Below are positions 11,787 to 26,084 of a stretch of DNA of 64,000 nucleotides, one piece after another. The notes beneath the pieces were generated by a model. The model did not search any database and was not told where the DNA came from. It saw nothing but the letters and a program-made list of their open reading frames with translations. Position 1 is the stretch's first letter. Each line of letters begins with the position of its first letter. The DNA comes from Camelus dromedarius (lineage: Eukaryota). Both the position numbers and the translations under genes were made by a program. The DNA lies in NCBI RefSeq assembly GCF_036321535.1, contig NC_087437.1, positions 13,270,001 to 13,334,000 of the forward strand, given 5' to 3'.

Positions 11787-12774
11787 GGTGTACATGCGCA
11801 TGGATGCACACGTGCATATGCAAGTGTGTAAATCTAGTTAATTTGAGAGATAAAAATGGCATCTCATTTAAAATCGCATTAACCTGACTATTAATTACTT
11901 TAAATATTTGCATAGCTTATTAGAGATTAATAATCTTTTCCTTTGCCGTTGTTTACTTTTATCTATGGCTTATTTCTAAAGTTGAACAAAATGTTTTTCT
12001 TACTTATTTGTATGGTTAAATATACTTTCCCAAAATGTTTGTAGTGTATGCAGAAATATTTTTCCAAAGTATGAGATCGTACTCTCTAATTTCATTACAA
12101 AAAACAATGAATTTGATTGTGTCGTGTTGTGTTAAAATACAAACATAAAACTGAAATTAAAAGACTTGGGCTTCATTTATTTCCATGAAATAAGTGAAAT
12201 GAAGTAACAAAACTTTCCTCTAAAGTTTAAAATAAACCACGGCACACATGAATATTTTTAATTCTCACATATTATTTTTAGATTGTTAAGTATTGAATCC
12301 TTGTCTTTTTAAAGATAAGAAAAGTAGTATCCCTTTTTTCCATGCTTGTCTTCCTCCATCAACTATATGATTCCTGTTATTTATGGTATGGTTTTTACAT
12401 CATGAAGTTTCATAGCAAATTCTATTTTGTAACCACAATTTTCAGTTGTCTAGTCTTCAACTGAAAATGAATTCACTTTATCACAATTCTTTTTATTTTA
12501 TCATAGTTTCTTTGTCTTTGGTTATTTATTCTTATTGACCTTTGGTCTTCAAAAAGGTTTTCAAAAAAGAATCATAAAAGCCATTTTCTCTGAACTACTG
12601 CATGTTTGAGAGAGTCTGACCCTCTTCTGTAGTTAAAGCCTAAGTTAGGTGATGATGACGTTCTCGCATCTTATTTTCTGGCCCTGTGACTTTTTAACGT
12701 GACCACATAGTTTTACGTCATTGAGTGATGAATGGATGTTTTGCACATGATTTACTTTTTCTTTTTCTTGTTTT

Positions 12775-12950
12775 AAATAAACAAAATGTGGTTTATCCAT
12801 ATGATAGACTATTATTGAGCAATAAAAATGAATAAATTACTAATACATGCTATAATAGGGTGGAAGCTTTAAAGAATTATGCTCAATGAAGGAAACCCAT
12901 CTCAAAAGACCATATATTGTATAATTCCCTAAAAAAAGAATAAAATGGAA
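12775..12950 (+). mobile_element. Old L1 (L1MB/MC-like) ORF2-end fragment
   Basis: aaataaacaaaatgtggtttatccat...gcaataaaaatgaat...aaaagaccatatattgtataattcc. Confidence 0.7.
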
Positions 12951-13204
12951 ATAGAGATCTGGAACGATGGAGCAAAAACTGGATTTTTTCCCCTTTGTGT
13001 AAATTCGTAGGCATCTCTCCCTCCTCCCCCTGGGCCCCTTTCCTTCTCCCACCTCTCCCCCTCCCCCTCCCTCCTCTTCTTCTTCATTTGTATTCAGGTG
13101 CTTTGGGCTTCTTTGATAGATCTTATCTTTGCAACAGATTTCTTGTACATGTGCCTGAGTTGTACCATTTCTAAATCTTTGGGGAGCAATCACTGTTTCT
13201 CTTT

Positions 13205-13567
13205 CTTCAGCTTTACTGGGGCATAATTGAAAATCAAATTGTACATATTTAAAGTGTGCAAAGTGCTGATCTGATATATGTATACATTGTAAAATGATGA
13301 CGAAGTAAAGTTAATTAACACATCTTTCACCCCACTCAGTTACCTTTTATGTGGGGGAGGTGGTGAGAACACTTAAGATTTACTCTCAGTAAATTTCAAG
13401 TATACAATACAGTATTAACTATAGTCATCATGTTGTATATTAGATCTTCAAAACTCATTTATCTTGTAAATAAAAACTTGTACCCTTTGACCAACAGCTC
13501 GCCATTTCCCACACTCCCTGGTGGAGAACAGCAACCGCTATTCTACTCTGAGTTTGACGTTCTTAGA
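13205..13567 (-). mobile_element. L1MA9-like 3' end
   Basis: gtggtgagaacacttaagatttactctcag...gtaccctttgaccaaca. Confidence 0.8.
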
Positions 13568-13634
13568 TGAGTTGCTTTTTCTGCATGAATTGTTACATAA
13601 TTCTTTTAACTATCAAGTTTAAAAATTTCATCAA

Positions 13635-14778
13635 TGTTCTCTTAGGGCAGTCTACCCAAGCAATAGAAATAAAAGCAAGAATAAACAAATGGGACCTAAT
13701 GAAACTTACAAGCTTCTGCACAGCAAAGGGAGCCATAAGTAAAACAAAACGACAACCTACGGAATGGGAGAAAATTTTTGCAAATGATGAAACCGACAAA
13801 GGCTTGATCTCCAGAATATATAAGCAGCTCATATGACATAATAAGAAAAAAACAAACAACCCAATCCAAAAATGGGCAGAAGACCTAAATAAGCAATTCT
13901 TCAAGGAAGAAATACAAATGATCAATAGGCCCATGAAAAAATGTTCCATAGCACTAATTATCAGAGAAATGCAAATCAAAACTACAATGAGGTATCACCT
14001 CACACCAGTCAGAATGGCCATCATTCAAAAGTCCACAAATGACAAATGCTGGAGAGGCTGTGGAGAGAAGGGAACCCTCCTACACTGCTGGTGGGAATGT
14101 AGTTTGGTGCAGCCACTGTGGAAATCAGTATGGAGATTCCTCAAAAAACTAGGAATAGACTTACCACATGACCCAGTAATCCTGCTCCTGGGCATATATC
14201 CAGAAGGAACCCTACTTCAAAAAGACACTTGCACCCTGATGTTCATGGCAGCACTATTTACAACAGCCAAGACATGGAAACAGCCTAAATGTCCATTGAC
14301 AGATGACTGAATAAAGAAGTGGTGCTTTATTTATACAATGGAATACTATTCAGCCATAAAATGACAACATAACACCATTTGCAGCAATGTGGATGTCCCT
14401 GAAGAATGTCATTCTAAGTGAAGTAAGCCAGAAAGAGAAAGAAAAATACCATATGAGATCACTCATATGTGGAATCTAAACAAACAAACAAACATAAATA
14501 CAAAACAGAAACAGACTCATAGACATAGAATACAAACTTGTGGTTGCCAAGGGGGATGGGGGTGGAAAGGGACAAACTGGGATTTCAAAATGTAGAGTAG
14601 ATAAACAAGATCATACTGTATAGCACAGGGAAATATATACAAGATCTTGTGGTAACACACAGTGAAAAAAAATGTGACAATGAATATATTATGTTCATGT
14701 ATAACTGAAAAATTGTGCTCTACACTGGAATTTGACACAACATTGTAAAATGACTGTAACTCAATAAAAAAATGTTAA
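13635..14778 (+). mobile_element. Young 5'-truncated camelid L1 (ORF2 C-terminus + 3'UTR)
   Basis: ORFs 13567..13836 and 13918..14310 include the CCHC knuckle [18 protein letters not shown], with premature TGA stops and an A-rich tail. TSD aaaaatttcatcaa 13621-13634 / aaaaattttatcaa 14779-14792. Confidence 0.95.
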
Positions 14779-16354
14779 AAAAATTTTATCAAGGATATGC
14801 TGTTCTTAATTATTCTGTTAATTTTATCCTGCGACACAGTGAATGTTTTCATCACATGATTAAACTTTTACTTAATTTCAAGAATTGTTTCTTTTATATA
14901 CTGTTACATTTATTTTCTTTTTTTAACATCATTATTTGTATTTTTTTTAATCTTCTATCTTTTGTCTTCTTTCTAACATTTTCTCCTTGATACTTTCCAT
15001 TTTATTTTGTGTTATTTTCTCCATCTTGAAAATCGATAGATCTTCGTTGCGTTTTCTGACCTTCCTTTGTTTCCTTCATATTGCAATTTCTGATGGAGAT
15101 TTCATCTATATAACAGGTTGAATTTTCTTTTTTATCTCCTTCAATTTATTTAACATCCCTTTGTGATCTATTATTTTCTAGATAATAAGTTGCCTTAAAT
15201 TTTTTCCGACTATAGAGACTAATTTATCTGAATTGTTTATCTGTTTCCTGAAGGTAATTCCACCTCTACTATATTAGCCAACTCCCTTTATATTATTCCT
15301 TTGCTCATTCATTCCTTCTCTTACCCTGCCTCTCTCTCTCTCTCTCACTTTCCATCATGCTCTCAGTTTCTCTGGTGTGTGAAAAATAGCGTAATTTGTA
15401 GTATATTAGTAGTAATTTGCACTTTTTTCAGACCTAAGTTTTGATAGGGAAAACTATAGTCATACACGTTTTTACTGACACATGCTAAAGACAGGGATGA
15501 GGGCAATTTTCTGCTTCCTTTGGACTTTATTTCCCCTCTGCAAAGCACATCATCTGTCTGGAGGTCATGTCTTCTATTGAGTTAGACATTTAAAGGGTCA
15601 GCGTGGTTCTCAGGGACTCGTCTTCAGTCAGACTTCCCACATAGTGATCTCAGGTTAGCTGCTCTCCTCCTCACCTCACCCCCGGTCACTTTATTTAACC
15701 AGGAGGCAGGTCATTGAAAATGAGAGTGTGATTGTGTCTTTCTTCTTCCCCTCTGCTTCATCCTCCTTTTTTTGTGGTTTAAAGTTTGCTGGCACCTCTA
15801 CTTCTCTAGACTGCCCTGTATCTATACCTTCATATTTTTGGAATCAAAAATCAGATGGCCCTTCAGGACTATGACACGTCCACAAAGATGTTTATTTATC
15901 CCGAGGTATTAAGAAAGCTGTGTCAGTTTCATTTCACTGCTTCATTGTGATTCAAATTTTATTACAATTGAGATACAACCTACACAACGTGGTTTGAATT
16001 ATGAGAGTTGCTTTGTAACACAGAATATAGAAATTCCTTCTCTATTTTTTCTGTCTTTTTAATGTTTTCAAATAAATAGAATAAAAATATAATTGATTAT
16101 GACTCCACCTGCTTTAACTAAACATTCTCAACTTTTTTTCTTACTTCTCCTAACACATATGGCTATATTCTAATTTAAAAAAAAATAAAAATAATCTTAA
16201 AATTAAGAAAAAAAAAATCCTTACTGTAATTAGTAATCATGACTTGAAGCTTAGACATGGGATAAATCATTGTCCAGTTCACTGAAATTTAGACAAATTT
16301 AATTTATGACTATCCCTTGAAATGTGCAAAATGAACAAAATTAAAATCTAACAG

Positions 16355-16474
16355 AAAAAAATGTGCCAATGAGTGTGTATATGTCCATGAATGACTGAAA
16401 AATTGTGCTGAACACTGGAATTTGACACATTGTAAAATGATTATAAATCAATAAAACATGAAAAAAGAAATAAA
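16355..16474 (+). mobile_element. Very short (120 bp) young L1 3'UTR insertion
   Basis: Matches the 3' end of the 13635-14778 copy. Perfect TSD taaaatctaacag at 16342-16354 and 16475-16487. Confidence 0.9.
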
Positions 16475-17030
16475 TAAAATCTAACAGTTTACTGAACTTT
16501 ATGAAAAGGTTCCAAAGCTCATTGGAAATGTTACTGAATATTATTTTTGAATAGAGAATGGAAGGGCATTGTATAAATATTTGTACAAAAGGGTAAGAAA
16601 GATAATGAATTAAGATCTTTTTTTATTAAAAGATTAAAATAGCAATGCAAAGTTGTGACAAGAACAACTAAAATATTGTCACCTAATGAAACACCAGGAC
16701 ATTATCTTCTAGCAAAAATATGGTTAGAAATAAAGAACTGTCTTAAAAACACTTCTCTCTCACCAACTTGGTTGTAGTGGTGATTAAATCATTCCTATTT
16801 CAATGCAAATTATGTCTTGTGAAACTTGAATAGCTATATTTTTTTTACTTCATGCCGTTCTTAACATGGTAGCTATTTTTACTTTACTATTTTTTTTCTA
16901 TCCCAGTCTAGTTAGGGAATTTGGCATAAAAGAGCTTCTTTTGATCTCAATATTTAGCATCAATTTGGAAGCCAACTTTGTTAAAAATATGTAAGTGACT
17001 TTATCTCTAAATGATGGTATATTCACACAC

Positions 17031-17085
17031 ATGCCCCATGGAACTGTAGGCTGTCAGGTAATGCCATTCCTCCGTATTTCTGTCC
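17031..17085 (-). other. Candidate upstream exon (55 or 59 nt)
   Basis: Acceptor ctctgatcttcAG|GGAC, donor CAT|GTGTGT or TGT|GTGAAT. Either choice has an open frame ending in phase 1, compatible with the 10150 acceptor. Donors are weak. Confidence 0.3.
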
Positions 17086-17744
17086 CTGAAGATCAGAGTT
17101 TTTCAAGGAGAGAATATGTGTGCAGATAGAGTTAGTGTTAGCAAGAAGAGCATAAAAGAGATGTAATTCTGTAGTTATCAGAAGGAAAGTGTCCCCTCTT
17201 GGGAGAGCAGAAAGTATGAGTGCATCCACTTCCCTTTTGCTGCTGCTCGAGCAGTCACTGGTGTGAGACTGGGAAGGTCTGGACAGGCAGTGTATGCGTG
17301 ATCCCTCTTGGGCTCTGTTTTTTTTTTAGGAAATAAGTCATTCAAGTTTTCAGGAAGGAACATGTCAAAATACGAGAAGAAAAGAAAAGCAGACCGATGC
17401 TGAGGAGGATGAGTGAGAGGCATTCTTTGCGCTTCAGCATATTCTGTGAAATGAAACTACACCTGTTTCTAAACAGTTCCTCAAACCACAGAGCAGCCGA
17501 AGGTCAGAAGAATGAAAACAGCAACCAAGTAATAGACCCATTTAAACACTGGACTTTCAGAGCGCTCTACACTAGGTGAATGACGGCTACACGAAAAGGT
17601 CATCTCAGCCTGTTAATATAAGCTGCATTATGCGCTATTCTGAAGTCGAACACTTTTTTAGTCAACTGAAAATTACTACGTGTAAGTGACGTATGTGGAT
17701 GACTAATTTCCATGAATACGATAGGATGTGGTCAAACACAAACA

Positions 17745-17940
17745 GCCTTTTTTGGAAATAGGGTCACTGCAGGTGTGATTAGTTAAATTAAGATGAGGTC
17801 ATTAGGGTGGGCCCTAATGCAATATAACTGATATCCTTATAAAAAAGGGAAATTTGGACACATAGACAAGCACATAGGAAGAATGCCATGTAGAGACAAA
17901 GGTAGAGGTGCTCCTGTAAGTCCAGGCATGCCAAGACTGC

Positions 17941-17942
<2 letters not shown>
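17745..17942 (+). mobile_element. MaLR LTR fragment (MLT1B-like)
   Basis: tttggaaatagggtc...ttaagatgaggtcattagggtgggccctaat...ccttataaaaagggaaatttggacaca. Confidence 0.8.

Positions 17943-17943
<1 letters not shown>

Positions 17944-17973
<30 letters not shown>
17944..17973. repeat. (TG)15 microsatellite
   Basis: Read directly. Confidence 0.95.
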
Positions 17974-17976
<3 letters not shown>

Positions 17977-20900
17977 ATTTGCAATAGAAAACCCAGATTG
18001 TGAGGGAATTCATCTCACCCCACACGCTGACTAATAAGATTTTTAAAATTCTCTTTAGGTATGTGTTTCTTATCACTTTGTCAGCTTCCCCAGGTCTTAA
18101 TAAAATGGTCAGCAAATATAATATGAATGTGAAGCCACCCTTTCTTGTTATGGTTCTCATCCAAGTATACATTATAGCTGAGTGATAAGATCTCGAGCAA
18201 GAGCGGAAGTGAGCAAGTGATGGAGAGAGAGAAAGAGAGAGGGAGGAAGGGGGTCATCTAGGGTCCAGGAAGAGGACACACTGGTTTTCTCACTCTCAGG
18301 TCAGCGCTTCACAAAGAACACCACGCTGTGTGTGGGCAGGCACTTACAACCTGCATCTGGACGAAGGCTGGCTTTCCTCTGGGTGATGCAAATAATATCT
18401 AACCTTAGACAAGGTAGAGTTTATTACCCAGTGGGGCATCCACAGAGTGCTCGGTCGACTCTTTTGGGACAGCAGGGACCAGCTGTCCATCTTGGTATTC
18501 AAAGATTTTGGGTGTTTTGTTTTTGATAAAGGAAAGCATTCTACTGGCAAAGTAATGCGTGATGTGGTTCATATCACAGTCTAACATTCAGAATCAGACT
18601 GGGAGCCTCCCGGTGAGGTTCTTTCTTGCTGCTTCTCAGACCCTTAGGTAAGTATAAGAAACCACATTATCGTAGACTAGAAGGTTCTAACCCCTTTAAG
18701 GACCTATAGATGAACATCAGATGGAAATCTGTAGCTCCAGAAATTTTGTGCAAAATATTTCCTCTGTGTGCACATGTGCATTTTAACAGCAAGACAGCAC
18801 AGCTTTCAGGGGATGCCCTAAGCTTCTATATCCCCTTTGCCCCCTCAAAAAATAACAGACATAGGCAAATACGATTGGGATTCTCAGAACATGTGCCCAT
18901 TTGGCTTTATTTTTTTTTTTTTTTTTTGCTGATGGGAATCAAGAGGAGATGCCTGGAGGATAACTTGGTGAACACTGTCCTGAGGGGCAGGAGAGATTCC
19001 AGGTGTTGCACATGCTACGTACTCTCCTAGGTGAGAAAACTGCTCCGTGTCACAGAAACGCTGTGGCATCTAAGAGTGGTTGGACCACATGGTGAGCTTC
19101 ACATTCTTCTGAGCAAGTGACATCACTCACTAAATTCATCAAGAATTCCAAGTCTGTTAGAAGTTGCCATGGTTAAATTGAATCTGATTTATGCCTGTAT
19201 TCAAGAACCTCTATCTTTGACAGAAGCAGACATGATCCTAAGCCATTAGTCAGATGTCTGTAAATCAGTGTCTTGTCAGAATTCTTCTTGGTTTTTACAC
19301 TGAAAGATGGATTTAAAATTGTTATTATGATGCTCACATGTTGGCTAGACTCATCAAAACTGTAAGTATTTGAAGAAATATGAGACAAAAAAAGGTTTGG
19401 AGAAATCTTATCTTATTGAAAACAGACCTTGAGAATACAGGGTCAAACATTGTTTATTATTGTTGCTTTTGTGTTATTTTTTGAAGTTGCAAAGGGAAGG
19501 ACAAGATATACATCTCTCAGGGTGGAGTTAGAGTTTTTCCAGCTTAGGAGAAAAAGGTCAAGTTAGAATTTGGTATTGTCCAGCCTAACACTTCTATGAA
19601 TAACTTTATTTTAACAACTTTTTCAAGTTAGCTTGGGTGCTTAAGAACTTCAAAAAGTGATATTTAAACACATGAGTAAATTCAACACAAATGAAAATTT
19701 GAAAAAGCTTCTTGTATGACAAGAAAGATATTAATATCCTAAATATATAATTACTCAAAATAAGTATGGACAAAGTTGCCACATTTAAAAAAATGCCTGT
19801 AAGAAAGGCAGTTCACAAAATAATACAGACAATTTAATTATAAATAAATGAAAATTTTCAACTTTACTAATAATTCAAGAAATTCAAAATACTCAGTTGT
19901 TACATTTATACTATGATATTGAAAAGTTAACACTGATAATACAAAGTGCTGTGGAAAGTTTGGAGAAATGGTATTGGGAGAAAAAGCAATGTCATTTGTT
20001 TGAGGGTAACAGGGCAGTAAATCACAAAATCTTTGAAACGTGCATACCTTTTGAGCAAGAAATTACACTTATAAACATGTAACCCTAGTTTCACCAAATA
20101 GATAAGTGTTTTGTGGCAAAATGGTTTCACCCTTCTGGTTAGATTTCTCCTGTAACCATCATCTTTTCCATTGTGAGTTACATGGACGTTGAAATATTTT
20201 ATGAAGTAACTAAGCAAAGAATTACGACTGCAGACAAAAAGCACAACTTGTTCCTTAACTATAGGAACAACAAGCAAATTAACCTTGCTTAATTTTTATA
20301 AATTTAAAATCTGCTTCGGAATGTGCTGTGCTGGCATCAGTTGACCCTTAAACAGTTCTGCACAGACTTTAGCTGAAGTCTCTTTGGAAGGTTTCTTCAT
20401 AGGAGCTTTGAAGGGGAGGAAACTCTTTGATCAAGAAGAACCTTGACGAGCATGGTTTTAAAGAATCCTGACTACCCCAAGTCGTTCAAAGCAAGGTTAT
20501 TTAGAGTAACTCCAATTCATCGTGCCAAAAATTTACAGTGTGCCTCAGGGGAGAAGCGCTTCTTTTCTTGGCTTGCTATCTTTAAGCAAGATTCTATATG
20601 CAGATTTCCGAAAAGTCCTAATGTTCTCAAACCCTAGTTTTAGGGTCAAATAGTGGGGTAAGACTTCATGAAAGACAGAAATGAGGGAAAGCCTGGTAAT
20701 ATCTTGCTCAGTTTTTAAATCCATAAAACTGGAATTATCCAAAGGATAAACTTCTCTTAAGAAATATGTGTGAGACATTTATTGGATGTTAGTTTTGTTT
20801 TCTTTTTCCTATTCTCTATGTTATTAAGTGTTCAGCAAAAGTAATTAGACAAAACCATGATTACATTCAAATCAGTAAGTATTTTAACAGTCAGCATTTA

Positions 20901-22867
20901 CCATAGCCTTGTAACATTTTGTTTTAGAAAGTAGACAAGCATAAAGATTACCATACCAATCATCTTCCTGTCCAGAGATGATCACTTTTAACATTGTTAT
21001 ATATCCAAATCTATTAACCTTTAGACGTATATATGTATATACACCATTTTTACAAATTGGTATCAAATTTTGCATACTGTTTTATAAACAGATTTTCTTA
21101 ATTTTCATCACTAATGGATACATATTTAAAACAAATCCTGAAATATTATTTGAGAGAAAAAAACAGCTGCATAGTGTTTTTTAATTACTCAAATCCCTAT
21201 TCTGCAAATACATGAAGGGGGAATCAGAGATCTTGGCAATGTGAAGATACAGTGATTGGTAAGGTCCAGCCAGCTGTGCTCTAGTAGTGAGGGGGGCAGG
21301 GATGGGTGGACCAATGGTGATGCCTGCAGGTGATGAACATCACAAGAAGAGAGTCCGTGGAGCATCAAGGGATAAGAAAGCACCTCTGATTTGGAGGCTC
21401 TGAAGGGAGTGTTAACAATGTTCAGAACAACGACAGAATACTTCTTACCGCATGATGACAGAACTTACGGTCAAGTTCAAATGAATTAAAACCTATTCAC
21501 TGCCTACAATAGTGCCTGACCTGTACTAAGAGCCCAGTAAGGCTTCACTATGATTATTGCTGCTGTCACTGTCAACATGGTACTGTAATCATAGGACAAT
21601 TTAAAGAAGACATTGGCTCTGACGCTGTTTGAAACCTCTTCCCACCTCAGCTCTCAAGTTCAACAGACCATGCATTTTCTGTAGCAAATGAGCCTTGAAG
21701 CTCAGCCACTGTGTCCACTGATGTCAAGAAGTCAAGCTGTTTGCCACCCATTAGGCCTCGTTTAACACTTCCCCTCCAATTTTCAATTCCCTAAAAGGAT
21801 CCAAGGTCCCAAAAATTGATGAGTATTTAATTACGTCAATAAAATAGGTCTATGTTCCTCCATGCTGGTTTAATAACTGTGTTTCCATGCATTTAGCATC
21901 ACTTACAATATGCATTTTAAACCAGGATGCGTATTTCCTTCTATTATTGTTCCCACTCTGTTAATATGTGTTTATCTTAATTTCAGTCTCTGTGGCCTTG
22001 AAAAAAGTACTTATTAATCAGAAGCCATTTAAATGCTGATATGACATACTCTACATTAAGAAAGAACACCAGTCAGCCAAGCACACATAGGCTTTTCTCC
22101 TCTTAGTTAAAAGCTGATTTGTCCAGGTAATTCTTCCCTGGAATGTTATGTGTAAGAATTAAAATTAGGTTCAACTAGGATGGGGAAGTATACGCATCAC
22201 TAAAGCTTCACAAGAATCTTGTTTTGATGACTGTACTCAGCTGTCCATACGAGGTAATAAATAGTGACTGGTTCTCCACCAATGGAATTCTGCAGATTTG
22301 TAGAGCTAAACCTCCATGTGTAGCAACCATATTTCCCCCTCCTATGTTAGAGGACTGAGGATCCCAAACACAGTCACTACCTTGGAGAGCATCTCCAGGT
22401 CTGTGTCTTGACTGACTTTCCGTCTTCCTTCAGGGCCTGATGTGCATCTTGGACATGTCTAGTTCATGATCTAAACTGTAGTAAGGGATGGATGAAGTTA
22501 GCAGTTGGGACAAGGGGCTTCCTGAAGGGACAGAGGACATTCTTACAAGCACCAAAATGTAGGAAACAGAGCCAGAGGATCTTGTAAATAGTAATGGACA
22601 TTGGTCTGAATTTCTAGATACAGCATGGTTTGAGAATAAAAATCTTGGCTTCAAGAGAGGAAGGAGTCTAAATATTCTCTTCCTTAAGACCCTCAAAGCC
22701 AAATTCTCCCATTCTCATAGCTGATTTCTCTTATGGAGTGGCCCAAAAGATGTGGGGAATGTTTGAGGACACGTATGTGGGGTGTTTAGAGAGGTCCCAA
22801 GGAGGCAGGCCTTGTATAAGTCTTAGAAATAGCTTCTGTGAACTTGTGGTTCTGAAAACTCCCCCTT

Positions 22868-22869
<2 letters not shown>

Positions 22870-22899
<30 letters not shown>
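22870..22899. repeat. (AC)15 microsatellite
   Basis: Read directly. Confidence 0.95.
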
Positions 22900-22902
<3 letters not shown>

Positions 22903-23508
22903 CTGTGGGCATTTTGCTAAATTCTTTGCTGGGCTGAAGCAAATTGGGGAAGCTTGGCCAAGTCATATTTTTCCCCAAATTTGGAGAGCTGTGGTATGGT
23001 GGTAGGCCCTCTGAGACAGCTTACCCACCCCAAAATTTCATCAGCGTAGATTCATGGTCATGAACAGCAAAATAGCAGAAAGATGTTTTCTATAACTTTC
23101 AGAATCATAGCAACAAATACATTTTCCTCTCTCATCTTATCAAATCCTGGGCACCTGCCCATGAAATTGGCAACAGAGAGATTTTCTGTGCTGCCAATTA
23201 CAGGTTTCCCGTTCTCTTGCCAACTTGCTTTGTCTTCGCAAGCTGGCAAAATATAGCTATTGGCAAGGAAGTGAATATTTGAAAATAATGACAGTATATG
23301 GGAATTTGGGGCTTCATAATGTTCAATTAAGTAATTTAAGTCCCGTGTTAGCACTAGGGATAGATTTGCTTTCTACTATATAATATGTAACATGTTCTGT
23401 AATTTGAGCTCTTTGGTCACCAGTCCCTCAAAGAAAGCATTAGAATGGGGACGGGGACCTGAACGAACACACTCTATAAGAAGGGTATTTAGTAAAAATA
23501 TTACTGAC

Positions 23509-23574
23509 CTCTGTACTTTGTAATTCCACGGCTGTACTGTTTCCTTTAGCTGTGAGAGATCCACCCACCTGCCG
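23509..23574 (-). other. Candidate exon (66 nt)
   Basis: Strong polypyrimidine acceptor cccctttctgctttctgcaccccttcctctgcAG| and donor GAG|GTCAGT. Length is a multiple of 3 and two frames are open (GRWVDLSQLKETVQPWNYKVQ or RQVGGSLTAKGNSTAVELQSTE). Confidence 0.4.
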
Positions 23575-24147
23575 CTGCAGAGGAAGGGGTGCAGAAAGCA
23601 GAAAGGGGGGTTGTTACACCAGGGATGCAAAGAGAAGGTTTATCTTGACTTTCTGAAAGAAAGAGTTCATCGTTAGCTGGACCCGTATATGATCCTTCAG
23701 AAAGACATTTATCTTTAAAGCCAGGCTTTCTCTAGAAAGAATGAATTTTTCCAAGTATTCAGAGCATTTCTACAGCCAGGTCTTTCACAATGTGGAAAGA
23801 AAATGCCCTGCTTTCCTATGGCACATGTGCTACTTGGCTTGTTGACTAGGGTGGGAGAATATTGCATATGGGAGGTGGGAAACCAAATTTACTTACTCTG
23901 GTTCAAAAGGATTGGGAAGGGATGAAAGGATGTAAGAAGGTAGGGTGGGGGTGGGAAATATGAGCAGCCTGAGGAGACACTGAGGGCATGTTAGATAAAG
24001 GGGACACCCAAGGTGGGCTGCATAAAAAGATCATGTTAGGGATTCCAAAAGGTAACAGTCTCATAGGCTTTCATTAACCGTATCAAGCCATTCTGAGGTA
24101 GAATTGGAAGGACCAATGCTTCAGCTTTCCTGAAGTCCTCCTATGGC

Positions 24148-24315
24148 CAGTGGTTTTCAAAGCAGTATCAGCATCCTCTGGGAAGGTGTCCAAGATGTGA
24201 ATCCTTGGACCCAACTTCAGACCAACTGAATCAGAAACTCTGAGAATGGGGCTCAGCAACCTGGCTCAACAGATACTCCAGGTGTTTCTTACACCCTAAA
24301 GTTGAGGATAATTGT
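24148..24315. mobile_element. MER5A (hAT-Charlie)
   Basis: cagtggttttcaaag...cagaccaactgaatcagaaactctgagaatggggctcagcaa...ctaaagttgag. Confidence 0.8.
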
Positions 24316-25027
24316 CCTACGGCCTGATTTTAGACTCAGACATTTTCACTGGGCCCCAGAGGCAGACAACTAGGATGCTGAACTGAAGTCAGGTGTCTCT
24401 GCCTTAGGGCCTCCCCAGGGAAAGGACAGGGGCCGGCTGGGTGAAACACCCAGACCAAGGGCTGGATGGAGAATGCAGACACCAGAGGCCTTTATGACAC
24501 CGATTAGAAGACTGGCTGAGACCGTAAGGAAACACTGAACCTTGGCCCAGATGAGAGCAATCTCCCTGCCAGCTTTAGGTGAGAATGCAAATAGGACACA
24601 CGTCGTGCAAGCTACCAGTCAGGGGACATCTCCTCCGAAAGATACCCGAGGAAGCAGAAGACAACACGGCATCACAGGAGCAGCTCCTCTTTCCAGCCAG
24701 GATATTCCGCTAAGGACACAACTCATCTCACTCTCCACACACCCAAACAGCATCTTGGAAAAAGGAAAAGGGAAGTCAGAGAAAAGATGAAGGCACAGCT
24801 TCCTTATCTGGAAAGTTGTGTTCTTCCCGAAAAAGATCATTTAGGGGCTTCAGAGGCCTGATAAAAGGCTCAACTTTGAATGACCTAATGTTTATAGGGA
24901 GAGGAAGGTATTGAATCAGAAGACTCTGGAACTTGTTTAATTGGCAGATCTAAGTCGTTCCCACTCCCCAGGGGAATGGGGCTCATAAGGAGCTTAGGGC
25001 AGTGTTAAGTAAGAATAAACTGTATGT

Positions 25028-25305
25028 GACTCGCAGCATAGTAAACAATCCTATGGTTACTGGAGGAAAAGGGATAAATTGAGAGTTTGAGATTTGTAAA
25101 TATTAACTACTATATATAAAAATAGATAAAAAAACAAATTTCTTCTTTATAGCACAGGGAACTATATTCAACATCTTGTAGTAATTTTTAATGAAAAAGA
25201 ATATGAAAATGAATACCTATATATGTATATATATGTACAACTAAAACATTAGTCTGTACACCAGAAATTGACACATTATAACTGACTATACTTCAATAAA
25301 AAGAA
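25028..25305 (+). mobile_element. L1 3'UTR fragment of an older subfamily
   Basis: tatagcacagggaactatattcaa...ccagaaattgacacattataactgactatacttcaataaaa. Perfect 17-bp TSD aagaataaactgtatgt at 25011-25027 and 25306-25322. Confidence 0.9.
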
Positions 25306-26084
25306 AAGAATAAACTGTATGTATGAAAGCCAGATGCATGAATTTGTAACCGTGCTAGGCACTCCTGCACCCTTGCAGTACAGTGCTTGCTTTTTTCCCA
25401 CCCAGAAGGCTCTCTGGAAAGCAAAGTATTTCAGTAGAGAAATGCTAGAATGAAATAATTTTAAAGGGATCTTAAAACTGTGAGGACAGATCATGGATTT
25501 TTACTGTTTGCCCCTTGCAAATTCTCCTCCATTCTCCCCCTCCTGTAGATAAATCATCATGCAGACTTGCCAGCAGAGGCTTGACTCAGAGTGCTCAGGT
25601 GGAGAGAGTTTGGCAAAATTAGAATGATGGGCAAATTGAAAAGAGTCAGGCAGGAATTCCATATTTGGAGACTCATTTAAACAAAATGAATATGATGGGC
25701 CTAAAATGCAGGAATATAAAATATTTTTAAGAACGCAAGAAAGCAATGGATTTCTTTGTTGCTAAGATTAGCCAATCTGCACAGCATTTTTCAATTATTT
25801 CAATGTCGAGAGCATAATCTCAGAAAAGCACACCAATGTACCTCTGTTAGAAAGCATGAATAGTTCTTTGGAAATGTTTCCAGGCAGTATGTTTAAAAAT
25901 GTATGAACAATGTCTATAAATGACTGCTGGCCAGTTGTAATAATTAGACATATTCAGATGAATCGATAATCTTCTCACTGCCTGAACACATGCTGACTGT
26001 CTAACATTTACCCTGAAACAATCTTCATGTAGTGTGCTGACCTGATATTTTCCTCCCTGGAAAGACTGGCTTTTTAGTTACCTT

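Noticed and set aside
13020..13075. C-rich tract (G-quadruplex motif on the minus strand)
   Set aside because: Low-complexity tract among decayed L1 sequence; common and with no supporting context.
20545..20617. Possible terminal exon RTFRKSAYRILLKDSKPRKEALLP* on the minus strand
   Set aside because: The acceptor lacks a polypyrimidine tract (gagaacattAG), and I see no donor or recognisable homology.
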